NCBI RefSeq assembly: GCF_006345805.1
Contig: NC_043013.1
Coordinates: 6,510,001-6,574,000, forward strand
Direction of reading: 5' to 3'
DNA from: Octopus sinensis
Taxonomy: Eukaryota
Length of the DNA: 64,000 nt
Below, piece after piece: positions 51,551-64,000 of the stretch (position 1 is the first letter of the stretch; each line of letters begins with the position of its first letter). A program made the translations under genes and the position numbers. Under the pieces are notes generated by a model, which made no database searches, had not been told where the DNA came from, and saw only the letters and a program-made list of their open reading frames with translations.

Positions 51551-53637
51551 GATGTATATATAATACATATATAGATAGATATATACTGTACATACAAGTG
51601 CGCACAAGCGCGCACACACATACCCACACACACATATGAGGGAAGTAGAAAATAAATATTGCTAGTAATTACTGAAAGAGGATTTAATTAAAAAAAAAAC
51701 GTAAATAGAAAATGTAATGAGGCTGCCTCGTCTGTATTAATTAAATTGTGATCGCATTGTGTTGCACGGCGCTCGCTATGTATAAAGAAGGGTGGACGTC
51801 TGGTCATACAGTTACAATTTCAGTCTTTACAAGGAGGAGGACTGGAAACATTAACCACACACCCGCACACACGCACAAACACACGCACACACACGCACAC
51901 ACACGCACACACACACTCACGCACACACACACGCACACGCGCGCGTACACACACACACATACACACACACACGCACACACACACGCACACACACACACAC
52001 GCACACGCATGCAAACACGCACAAACACACGCACACACACGCACATACACACACACGCGCGCGCGCACACACACACATACACACACACACGCACGCACAC
52101 ACCACACACACACACACACACACGCATACACACACACACACACACTTTAGTTCATGCATTTTTCATGCATGCTTCACTCATATTCCGTTGCGGTCCTTTG
52201 AGTCGGACTCCCACATTCTATTTGCGTCTCCGTGCAATGCCAGCAAATGCTTCTTAAGCTATTTATACATAACCATGGACTTAGTGATTCGGCTTGCCTC
52301 CGATTCGATTCTGCTACGTGATGTTGATAAGCCAGGAAAATAATGAAACATCTATATCCACCGCTCCTGAATGAGACAGGAGGCAAAATGCCTCCCCTGT
52401 TTATGACTTTCAAATGTCTTAACACTCAGTGCTATGAGGAAGTCATCCTGAAAGCGCTACGCCGCAGCGAACCGACGAATAAGCTAAGCACACCCTCAGT
52501 ATGTGCGGTTGATAATATAGATATTATATATATATATATATAGATATATATATATATAGGTCACGTGATATATTAACAGGCGTACCCGGCGTTGCCCTTG
52601 TCTGTTTGTTAAGCATGCCTGTTTGGGTTTTAGACCATTCACGGAAAGACCTTTGAACTGAATGAAAGAAATCATAATGGCAGATTTTCTCTGCGTTGTT
52701 AGACTTATTTAGCGCAATAGTGAACATGCAGAGTCGTACGCCCACACCATTGTCATTGTTTTCCATTAGGGTAGTAGGTTGAGTTTATTTTCCTCGCCAC
52801 ATAACTGCTGACATGTGTTGTTTAGCAGATGGAAAGGATGAGCCTAAAGATATGATATAATGAGAAATAGTATGTTTACGCAAGAGTGGCTGTGTGGTAA
52901 GTAGCTTGCTTACCAACCACATGGTTCTGGGTTCAGTCCCACTGCGTGGCACCTTCAGCAAGTGTCTTCTGCTATAGCCTCGGGCCGACCAAAGCCTTGT
53001 GAGTGGATTTAGTAGACGGAAACTGAAAGAAGCCCGTCATATGTATATATATATATACGTGCGTGTGTTTGTGTGTCTGTGTTTGTCCCCCTAGCTTTGC
53101 TTGACAACCGATGCTGGTGTATTTATGTCTCCGTTACTTAGCGGTTCGGCAAAAGAGACCGATAGAATAAGTACAAGGCTTACAAAGAATAAGTCCTGGG
53201 GGTCGATTTGCTCGACTGAAGCGGTGCTCCAATATGGCTACAGACATGTGACTGAAACAAGTAAAAGAATAAAAGAATAAAAGTATATATATATTATTAA
53301 TTGAATTTAAATTATTGTTATTCGAATTGGTACAGCCATGAAACGATCGTAGTGTTTTACTCTTTATCTTTTATTAAACTTTTAATACTTTTGATATATA
53401 TATAAAAAATAAATAAATAAATAAATAAATTAATAAATAAAATAATATATAAATATAAAAATATACATACATACATATATATATATATATTTGTATATAT
53501 ATATATAAAATTTATAAGTTTAAATTATTTAAATAATTTTTTATTTTTAACTTTTATATTTTTAAATTAGTTTTATGTATTAGCTTATGTTTTTCACTGT
53601 TTTATTTGCCTAATAGTGGTTTTATCTCTAATTTAAC

Positions 53638-53727
<90 letters not shown>

Positions 53728-53748
53728 GTGTGTGTATGCGTATGTCAT

Positions 53749-53780
<32 letters not shown>

Positions 53781-53822
53781 TACTAAATACGTGAACGAAT
53801 ATACGTACGTATCTATGCATAC

Positions 53823-53854
<32 letters not shown>

Positions 53855-54412
53855 CACACACACACACACTAACGCACGTACGTTCATATCGACTTACATA
53901 CCCCTGCCTACATACACAACCTCTCCTTTCACAAACACCTTGAACACGCCACCCCTTTGTGAAGACGTATTACAATAAGAAAAAGTAAAGACATGAATGG
54001 TACACGATGTCACAAAGCATTTACGCACGTTTCACACGTATAACCTGATGGGGTTTTTGAATGTATCGAACCCCCTCTCCCCCAGTATCTACATACATTT
54101 ATTCATTGATATACACATGAGAACATACATACATACATACATACTTACATACTTACATAACATATATAAAAGCATAGATATGTAAGCGTGTATGTGCATA
54201 TATGTACGTGTGTGTGCGTGTGTATAGACATAGAAAGAGAGAGAGAGAGAGTAACAGAGAAAAGAGAGAAAAATAAAAATAGAGAGGGACTAGCAGAGTA
54301 AGACATGTTCAAACACGGATACACATAATATGCATACGTATGTATGAGTGTGTGGTGTGTGTGTATACACACACACACACACACACACGCACACACACAT
54401 ACACACACATAC

Positions 54413-54447
<35 letters not shown>

Positions 54448-54886
54448 CACATATATACATATATATATCCATGTATATATGTATGTATATATATATATAT
54501 ATATATACATACATGTGGCTGTGTGGTAAGTTGCTTGCTGGGTTCAGTCCCATTGCGTGGCACCTTGGGTAAGTGTTTTCTACTATAGCCTCGGGCAGAC
54601 CAAAGCCTTGTGAGTGGATTTGGTTGACGGAAACTGAAAGAAGCCCGTCGTATGTATATACGTATGTATGTGTGTGTATATGTTTGTGTGTCTGTGTTTG
54701 TCCACCCCCCATCATCGCTTGACAACCGATGGTGGTGTGTTTACGTCCCCGTAATCTAGCGATTCGGCAAAAGAGACCGATAGAATAAGTACTAAGCTTA
54801 CAAAGAGTAAGTCTTGGGGTCGATTTGCTCAACTAAAGGCGGTGCTCCAGCATGGCCGCAGTCACATGACTGAAACAAGTAAAAGA

Positions 54887-54962
<76 letters not shown>

Positions 54963-54989
54963 AAAAAAGTCAAGATACAAAATACTAAA

Positions 54990-57720
54990 ATACTTTTATA
55001 AATATTTCAGTACAGATTTCAGTCATTGAGACTTTTTCAACTGCAAGTATGGAAAATAATTTAATTTAGAAAAATTAAAAGAAAAGTTTTTTAAAAAGAA
55101 TATTTGTATTGTGTTTCTTCCTGTGGGTTCGAGGTCGTTGTGAATTCTTGGTAGGGAAGAAGAAGAAGAAGAAGAAGAAGAAGAAGAAGAAGAAGAAGAA
55201 GAAGAATAAGAAGAAGAAGAAGGAAGAGAAGGGAAAATAAGAAGGAATGTAGGTAGTGTGAAAGTAGTAAGATGTTAAATGGTCAAGTGACCTAAAAGTG
55301 ATTTGTTATGGATTATAGCATTGATTGGGACTGTTTTTTAATGAATTATTGGGAATCTCTTGAGTGTATCATTTTTAATATTTGCGTGTGTGTTTGTGTT
55401 ATTTTAAGGCCGAGGTAGATATGTCGTTTGTCGTAGACGCGTTCAGAAGGGGCCTGTATTTTGTAATAAAGAGACTCTCTTTATTAATTCGTTGGCTCCA
55501 GGTTGTATCGTCCTTGAATTGGTAGAGGGGAAAAATTCTGAAGCTTGGATTTTTGTTATTGGCGCAAAGGTCTATGTGTTGGCTGAATGCTATTTTTCTG
55601 TTTTGGGGAATTTTTATCTGGGATCTATGCAGGGCCATTCTTTTACGTAGACTGTTTTTTGTTTGGCCTATGTATTGCTCTTGACACCCAGAGCAGGTTA
55701 GTGCGTATATCAGGTTCTCCGAAGCACATGTGAAGTTGCTTTACACTGTGAAACGTTGTCCCTGTTTGAAGGAGAACTCTGATCCTTCAATTAGATAATC
55801 GCATATCCCACAATTGTGTCTTCCACATTTTTTAACTGACAGCTTATGTGTTGTTGATCGTATTCGAGCTTGTGTTAGGAGACTTTTCATAGATTTGGGA
55901 TGTCCCTTGCTTTTTATAATGGTGTGTTTTTGGAGGATTAAGTTCATTCTGTGGTCCTTTTTTAGCAGGGGTATGTTTTGGAGGATGGTGTCGAAGGCTT
56001 CATTGTTGAGAGGGTTGTGTGTGGAGATGTATTGTAGGGCTTTTGGTTGTAAATCTTTCTTTAATTCGGGATGTCTGAGTTCCTGGATGTTGAGTTGAAG
56101 GGCACGTTGAAAGCATAAGTCAATTAGTGAAGGTAGGTAGTTCCTGGTGATGAGTGTATCTTAGGTTGAAGGGGATATTCATTCTGGTGTGTCTGGGGTG
56201 GCATGAGTTGAATGGTAGATATTGCTTGGAATCCGTAGGTTTATAGTATATATCTGTTTCTATTACATTGTTAGGTTTCTTAATGAGGATGTCGAGGAAG
56301 CGGAGTTGTTGCTGGCTTTATTCCATCGTGAATTGAATGTTTACGTCAAGTTCATTTAAAAGTGCTTCGAATTCTTTAAGTTTCTCAATATTTTCATGCC
56401 AAAGAATGAAACAGTCATCCAGGTATCTCTTCCAGTTATTTTCTATGTAGAGGGAGAATGGGCTGCCGTATCTTTCTAGAACCTTACGATAAGGACTAAT
56501 TTCTAGATATCGCATGACTAGGTTAGCAAAGGAGGGGGCCATTCGCGTACCCATCGCAGTCCCCGATTTTTGTCGGCAGAAGTTGTCTTTGAAGGAGAAG
56601 TAGTTATTTTCCAGGATGAATTTAACCCCTTCTATCACGATTTCTATTTTGATGCGATGTGGGAGTTCGTTGGCGTGATTCTCTAGCCAGAATTGAATTG
56701 CCTCTATTCCTAGGTTGTGGGGGATATTGGAATAGAGGTCGACTACATCGAAGGATACTCGTAGGGTGTTTTTGTTTATAGTATTAGGAAGGTGATTGAG
56801 CATATCCAGGTCGCCCCTTATATAGCTTTTGACATGCTTGAAGAATGGTTTTAGGAGGGTGTCTAAAAAGTTACTGAGGCGGTGGGTTTCGCATACAGGA
56901 CCTGCTATTATAGGTCTCAATTTGAGGTCATTAGGATTAGCGACTTTAATTATTTTGTCTGTGGCTATCTTGCATGCGTTACTTATTTTCTCACTTTTGT
57001 GTATCTTGGGAATACCGTAGAATTGGCTGGTTTTACTTTTGAAATTGGTCATACAGTCATATTCTTTGTCGGTGAGCCCTTCTTTGTATGGGTTTAACAT
57101 GGATTTTAGTTCTCTCATTATTTTTTGCTGACTGTAGTTCTGGGGCTTTTCATAATATGTTGTGTCTTCCAACATGGATAGTACTAAAGTTATATAGTAT
57201 ACCATGTCCATTAAGACAACTGCACTCCCTTTATCAGCCTCTTTGATTGTAATTATTTTGTCATTTTTTAATTTGTTCAGCTCAGCCCATTCTTTTTTGC
57301 TGAAGTTTGGTTTGTGTTTTTGTTTGTGCATATGCTGATATAGGTAATTCGAGATGTGTTCACAGAAATGATCAAGTGTTTTGTTCTTGCCTTTTGAGGG
57401 GTGTAGTTACTCCTATTTCGGACCAACGATTCGTTCTCGTTATATTTGTAGTATAGCTCCCCAGTAAGACGTAATTTTCTACAGAATTCTGCGATGTCTT
57501 CTTTCATTCAATTATAGTTGGGGTGTTGTGGGGTGGGTGTAAACTTGAGTCCTTTAGAGAGTATAATGATTTGGTTTGCTGTTAGTTCATTGTGAGTTAG
57601 ATTGATAATTTTTATCACTTTTGGTTCCTCCTGCCTGTTTGGTGCTATCTTGTGTCTCTGTGTTTGCGTATTGGGTCTAAAAAATGATTGCTGTGGTTGG
57701 GACGGTAGCTATTATGCAGC
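54990..57720 (-). mobile_element. Near full-length degenerate Penelope-like element (RT + GIY-YIG)
   Basis: IKEADKGSAVVLMD, FYGIPKIHK, LRPIIAG, SFDVVDLYSNIPH, GTAMGTRMAPSFANL, WKRYLDDCF, CGRHNCGIC. Confidence 0.92.
55001..55050 (-). ncRNA. Minimal hammerhead ribozyme with a compensatory U3-A8 core pair at the Penelope terminus
   Basis: cttgcag TTGAAAA agtc tcaat gact GAAA tctg TA ctgaaat. Confidence 0.55.
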
Positions 57721-58169
57721 TGATATAGAATTCATATATATAGATATATATTTCTTTATTGCCCACAAGGGGCTAAACGTAGAGGGGACAAACAAGGACA
57801 GACAAAGGGATTAAGTCGATTACATCGACCCCAGTGCGTAACTGGTACTTTATTTATCGACCCCGAAAGGATGAAAGGCAAAGTCGACCTCGGCGGAATT
57901 TGAACTCAGAACGTAAGGACAGACGAAATACCGCCAAGCATTTCGCCCGGCATGCTAACGTTTCTTATTTCTTTATTGCCCACAAGGGGCTGAACATAGA
58001 GGGGACAAACAAGGACAGACAAAGGGATTAAGTCGATTACAGTGCGTAACTGGTACTTAATTTATCGACCCCGAAAGGATAAAAGGCAAAGTCGACCTCG
58101 GCGGAATTTGAACTCAGAACGTAGCGGCAGACGAAATACCAATTTCTTTATTGCCCACCGGGGGCCAAA

Positions 58170-60690
58170 CATAGAAATGGACTGAACAACTGATAGGATC
58201 AGTGAATCGATATGATTTTACATATAATGTGACTTTAAAAATTTAAATACAATATATCAAAATCGAATGGAATTAACAATACAAAGACAATATAAATGAG
58301 GCGATGATCAGGCCACGCTCCGACCCCACAAGCCCCGATCTACCGCTGATAACATTTTTATTTTTCCTTTTTTTTTTCTCGTCTATTCACACGGTTCCTT
58401 GCACGCACAACACTCGTGCAACATGCTTCCATCTCTTTTGGGACGTACACTCCGACAGACACCTCTTCTCCAGCCACAGTTTCCTTTTCAAATGAAAAGA
58501 AAAAAATGATCGTAAGTTGTGGCCAGAGATAAAATTGCCTGTCTTAATTCCTTTTATCCTAGTCTTCCATATTGTCTCTTTTGCTATTGCTACAACCGTG
58601 AGAAAACAATCCTTACCTTCGTTCGTTAAAACTCCTGGTGGGTCAATTTTTATAATTGACTCAGTCGACACCTGTACTCTTCCTTCGCTGGACAACGGGT
58701 GTTCAGCATAAGCCCACATTTCAGTTATCTCCGGACACTGAACAATAGCGTGAGGGACGGTTTCCCTGTCCACCCCGCATCTTGGACAGGTCGGCGACTG
58801 ATGTTTATTATGTCTTGCGAGCTTATCCCGAACGGGCAAGGTACCTCTGTAGCATTGCCAGGTTAAGGACTTTTGGAAGTTGTCCAACGTTCTCAACCCG
58901 AATGTACGGTGAAACAGGCTGTCCAGTTGAATAAATCCGAGACCTAGAGTCGACCCCAGGCCATCTTCACATTCAGACTCTACCAACCCACTATATAAAA
59001 TCCGTGTGGAACCCCCACCGCTGGCGTTGCCCGAGCGCCGGAATAGCAAGAAGGCCTTACGGAACTCTTTATGCCACTCACTCGACTTCGGTCCACCAGA
59101 AGACAAGGCTTCCTGTTCGCAAAAACTTTTGAACTCAGGGAGCATTTGTCTGGCCATCGGATACCACACCCGTTCACTATCCAGGAGAATCCAGAGGTGC
59201 CTCAACCTCAACGCATGTCTGCGCATCATTAACCAAGGCATCCCTAAACCTCCCTTTAAAGGCTTTTGACAGCAGACAGAGCGTTTCACAAGTGGCGACC
59301 TGCCCTTCCACAAAAAGCGAAAGAGCTGTCTCTCCAGCTTGATCAACCACGAATCCGGAGAGGGCACGACGGTCAGGCGGTAGGTAATGACCGATGCGAT
59401 AAACACATTGACCACCTCCGCCCTCCCTTTCAGGGATAGCCACCGCCAAGACCAGGTCTTGACTTCTGCAGCTACCCTGCTCAATACCTCCGTCCTTCTC
59501 TATCTGGAGGCCTGGTCCAAACCAAACTCCCAGCAACTTAACCGGTCCCTCCGTCCAGCGCCCAACAATGCTGTCTGAAGACATCGACTTGCCAACTCAG
59601 GTACCGAGCTGCAAGCCGACTGACTTTTCCCGGTTAATTTTTGCTCCTGCCTCAACAGTCTTACCCACTTCCCGTAGGCGGGCTACTGAGGTTACGCTGA
59701 TAGTGATATCATCCGCGTAAGCCGTAACAAACTCCTCTAGACCTGGTTCTCTCGGGATGCCACTCAACCTTCGCAGTAAAAGCTCGAGAGTCATCACGTA
59801 CAAAAGTGGTGAGAGCGGACATCCATGACGAACCGAGCGTCTGATGCGGAATGGCTTCGAAAGGAAACCGTTCACCCGAACTATCGAGTCAATGTTGTGG
59901 TACAAAGCGATAAACCACCTGAGGAAGCCAAGGCCCACGCCAAACCGCGCAAGCACAGTCGCCAGGCATCGATGGTCAACCCTATCAAAAGCTTTAGTCT
60001 GGTCCAAATGTACCAATGCCCCAGCTTTTCCAGATTTATTACCAACCCTCTCTATGGTATAGCGAATAAGATGGAGGGTATCCTGAATGGTTCTGCCTGG
60101 GATGGCACATGTCTGTCCCTCCCTGACTTTTTACCGTATAGTGCAGCTATTCCTCTGTTCGTTACCCCCTCCGCTTTCCTCGGTCTGTCTCTCTTGGCTG
60201 CTTTTTTTTTTTGGTCTCGGCTCGCTCTGCTTTTGCTGGTTCGATCCTTCCATTTTCCTTTTATTGTTTATTTTTTCTTCTGGTTCTCTCTCCCTTTCTT
60301 CCTCCTCGCCGTCTGATTCTTCTACACCTTCTTTACAGTATTTTTTAATGTGACCCAGTTGGCTACACTGGAAACATCGGGGCTTACGGCCCTCAACAAA
60401 AATATTTAGAACTTCCTCCCCTACTTCCACGATTTCTGGGAGCTGTTCTAAAATTTTTTGGTCAGCCTGTATTATGATGTTAAGCGCCTGACCTGTCCAA
60501 TAAGTATTTTCCGTGACGGTAGCCTGCAGGAGGTTAATATTATCTTCCCTGTTTGCCAGGACCGCTGCCATCAAGCACATAGGGTTTACTCCTGGCGGAA
60601 TTCTAGATATTCTCACTTTTGACGTTCTCATTCACATGTTGATTAGGATTAACATAGTGTCGTCCGACTCTTCCCTCAAGCTAGGTATGT
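58170..60690 (-). mobile_element. Tx1-like LINE with ORF1 (zinc knuckle) and internally deleted ORF2
   Basis: ORF1 CFQCSQLGHIKKYC; RT DQTKAFDRVDH, RHGCPLSPLLY, AYADDI; CPRCGVDRETVPHAIVQC; the endonuclease region is missing. Confidence 0.9.
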
Positions 60691-60720
60691 AATGTAGACG
60701 GAATCTGAAAGAAGCCCGTC

Positions 60721-60798
<78 letters not shown>

Positions 60799-60966
60799 TT
60801 ATAGAAGGAGCTTCTACAGGACTAGAACTGTTTCATTCAAAAGATGATTTCTTTTGAATGAAACAGTTCTAGTCCTGTAGAAGCTCCTTCTATAAAATAA
60901 ATTAATTTACTCTGCTATGTATTGAGTACCTTATTTACTGTGGTTAACCCCGACTCAACCGGGACC

Positions 60967-61033
<67 letters not shown>

Positions 61034-61329
61034 TGTGTGTGTGTGTGTTTGTCGTCCCCAACATCGCTTGACAACCAATGTTGGTGTGTTTACGTCCCCG
61101 TAACCTAGCGGTTCGGCAAAAGAACCCGATAGAACAAGTTCTAGGCTTACAAAGAATAAGTCCTGGGGTCGATTTGCTCAACTAAAGGCGGTGCTCCTGC
61201 ATGGTCGCAGTCAAATGACTGAAACGAATAAACGAATAAAAGAATATCTGTGCCGCATTCGCAATTGTTTTGGTCGCTGTCATCAACGTTCGCTTTCTGT
61301 TCCCAGCAGCTCCTACGGTTGTTGACGCC

Positions 61330-61990
61330 ACCAAGACTAACCTTTGAGCTGCATTTCCACCTTGGAGAAAAGATGGAAGTTCGCAGGTGCTAAATCTGGC
61401 GAACAGAGCGAGTGCGGAGGCGATATCATGTTGTTTCTGATGAGAAATTCATGAGTGAGAAGAACTTGGCGACAGGGTGCATTGTCGTCATGAATCCAGT
61501 TCTTTGCGCTCCACACATCCAGTCGCTTTCGTCGAATGTCCTCCCTTAATCGCTTCAAACTCTCGATTGACGGTCTGGTCCCGGGGGAAGGAATTCTCGA
61601 TGCACAATACCACATTTCCGGAGGTGATGCTTGTGGCAGGTCTTCCAGATTGCTCATTGTCTTCCAGGTACGTTCTTCTACTTTTAAAGTCCCCGTGTCA
61701 CTCGAAACATTGCGTACTACCCATTGTCTCATCGCTGTTATCTTGCCGAAGCATTCTCAATGTCTCTGTAGCAGACTTACCAAGTTTAACACAAAATTTC
61801 ACGTTGGCTCTTTGTTCCAACTTCCTGTCCATGACACAAATCGCAAACTACAGCATACTCAGAATCACAAAAGCACGAATTTCACAACTCGCAAAGGAAA
61901 CACAGCAATGTCACTCGATACACTGCTTCATGAAGGCCACTGTTAGATCTCACTGCGCATGCAACCATGTGCTGCCGTCTGTTGGCAAGT
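61330..61990 (-). mobile_element. Internally deleted mariner
   Basis: LKRLREDIRRKR, WIHDDNAPC, PHSLCSPDLAPANFHLFSKVEMQLKG. Confidence 0.85.
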
Positions 61991-62383
61991 TATTCTAAGA
62001 GTATTTAATTTATGCTTCAGTTTAAAATTTTATCAATGTTCAATGAAGCATAGAAATAATTGTGTAAGCAGGTGTTTGATAATATTTGGGTGTGTGAAAT
62101 TCAAGTCACGATAGTTTTTGAATAGAGAATAGGCTTTTGTGTTTTTGTGTTCCATAAATAACAATAGATATGGTCAATAAAAATAACTTTACCCGGGAAC
62201 CAAAAAAAATTTGAATAAAAATAAAATAACAAATAAATAAATAAATAAACCAGCTTGGTGGGTGTTAACAACTAAGCAGAAAACGAATATGAAAAAAAAT
62301 TCGCACTGACGACCCTGAGGGGTGGGGAGGGGACTTTCGGAAAATTCACAAGATCTGATTTTTCTGTCTTAACTTTCGGTAAA

Positions 62384-62449
<66 letters not shown>

Positions 62450-62527
62450 CCAATTATTTTATATAAAAATTATATATATATATATATATTATATATATAT
62501 ATATATATATACCAATTATTTTATATA

Positions 62528-62568
<41 letters not shown>

Positions 62569-62859
62569 GGAATCCTACGTTTTTGGTTATGGAGGATCCA
62601 ATTCTGAAAAATTTTTTCAAAAATCGCATTTCAATAACTCCCCTACCCACTTCATTTTTCACTCTTTCCAGATTTTATTTTTTTTTGGGAGGGGAAATAT
62701 TTAGAAAAATACGAAGATTACGATTCTGAAAAAATTAAATTTAAATTTGTGTTTATTTTTACCATATTCTTAAATTTCGTATTTTCCCACATATATTGAT
62801 GGAAAAAAATAATAATTCGTAAAAACATTATTTACATTATTTAAATTTGACAGATATTT

Positions 62860-62974
62860 GTCCTCCTCTTGTTTGTTGTTAATACAACGTTTCGGTTGAT
62901 ATGCCTTCCAGCGCTCATCAGGTCTCTTGGTGGAAATTTCGAACCTGGGTTCTCATTACTATGGTATTTTTCGA

Positions 62975-63044
<70 letters not shown>

Positions 63045-63116
63045 TCACTGCCTGGAATCGAACTCGGAATCTTGGGGTTAGTAGCCAGCACTCTTAACCA
63101 CTACGCCATATGCCCG
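62860..63116 (-). mobile_element. tRNA-headed SINE with (AAT)n linker and hammerhead-containing tail
   Basis: A box TGGCGTAGTGG (63108-63098), B box GAGTTCGATTC (63065-63055); tail CTGATGA...GAAACGTT at 62926-62881. Confidence 0.7.
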
Positions 63117-63117
63117 T

Positions 63118-63785
63118 AGTGCAGAATATGTGGAGATGGACAAGAAACAATAAATCATATCATCTCTAGCTGCCCAGTCCTGGCTAAGAAGGAATATATT
63201 CACAGACACGACAGAGTTGGGACCTATATACACTGGAATCTATGCCAACATTATGGAATAACAACAGAAAAAAGATGGTATAGGCACACACCAGAAAAGG
63301 TCACAGAAAACGAGAAAGCAACCATACTCTGGGATATGCCGATACACACAGATAGAGAAATTAAGGCCAACAGACCAGATATAGTTGTCAGAGATCATGA
63401 AGAAAAAAAAAATGCTTTCTAACTGATGTATCAATACCAGCAGATGACGTTTCTCTAAAAGAAATGGAGAAACTTTCAAAATAAAAAGACCTGGAAATAG
63501 AGGTAACTAAAATGTGGAATCTAAAAACAGAAACAATTCCTATCATAGTAGATGCATTAGGCATGATAGAAAAATATTCAGACAAATACATAACAAAAAC
63601 ACCAGGACTTACAAACACATATAACATACAGAAAATTGCACTACTAGGCACTGCATACATCCTACGCAGAACACTCTCAATACAGTAACCATCAGAGCAT
63701 CACAACAAATCACAGCACATGCCCAAGGTACACAGAGCTGCGCTCGGTAGTGAAGTGAAAGCACGTTATAAAAATAAAACTATTG
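63118..63785 (+). mobile_element. RLE-type (R4/Dong-like) LINE 3' end, family 2 (sister of 48325-49000)
   Basis: Near-identical to 48325-49000; RHDRV, ANRPDIV; followed by a long (AAT)n. Confidence 0.88.
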
Positions 63786-63789
63786 AATG

Positions 63790-63886
<97 letters not shown>

Positions 63887-63945
63887 CAACAACAACATCG
63901 AAAAAATATCTTAGGAATGAGAACCCAGGTTCGAAATTTCCCCTA

Positions 63946-63991
63946 GACACCTGATGAAGGCTGGAGGGTATATCAGTCGAAACGTTGTGTT
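63946..63991 (+). ncRNA. Minimal type I hammerhead motif (dimer-type palindromic stem III)
   Basis: gacac CTGATGA a ggctgg agggtata tcagtc GAAA c GTT gtgtt. Confidence 0.6.
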
Positions 63992-64000
63992 AACAACAAG

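Noticed and set aside
51740-52770. TATA/Inr-like motif and short ORFs at 52174-52766
   Set aside because: No homology recognisable by eye and no consistent exon chain; part of it resembles a Helitron-like start.

Overview
AT-rich, microsatellite- and transposon-dense animal genomic DNA. The repeat landscape (tRNA-headed SINEs, RTE, Tx1-like, R4/Dong-like, Penelope, mariner/maT, very long (TA)n/(TATC)n/(CA)n tracts) suggests an octopus-type cephalopod; this is an inference. Only two convincing host protein-coding units are visible: tandem minus-strand paralogues of the bacterial-type tryptophanase/tyrosine phenol-lyase (beta-eliminating lyase, PLP fold I) family, at 3431-4817 (A) and 11291-12716 (B). 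Each is intronless across the whole enzyme domain and starts at a splice acceptor in the same position and phase, which points to horizontal acquisition, domestication and then duplication. The main observation is that the two copies have lost complementary halves of the shared active site. A keeps the PLP-binding (cis) residues including the Schiff-base lysine but has lost the residues normally donated by the partner subunit (TPL Glu69, Tyr71, Tyr291). B keeps those donated residues but has lost the PLP lysine (K257R) and the PLP pocket. This predicts an obligate A+B heteromeric tryptophanase-like enzyme with a pseudoenzyme subunit. The rest of the window is mobile DNA: several minimal hammerhead-ribozyme motifs tied to Penelope-type termini and long palindromes, a tRNA-headed SINE ending in a hammerhead, a 1.9-kb foldback element with an 8-bp TSD, and microsatellite-associated LINEs. 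Residue numbers refer to Citrobacter TPL recalled from memory, and all alignments were done by eye.
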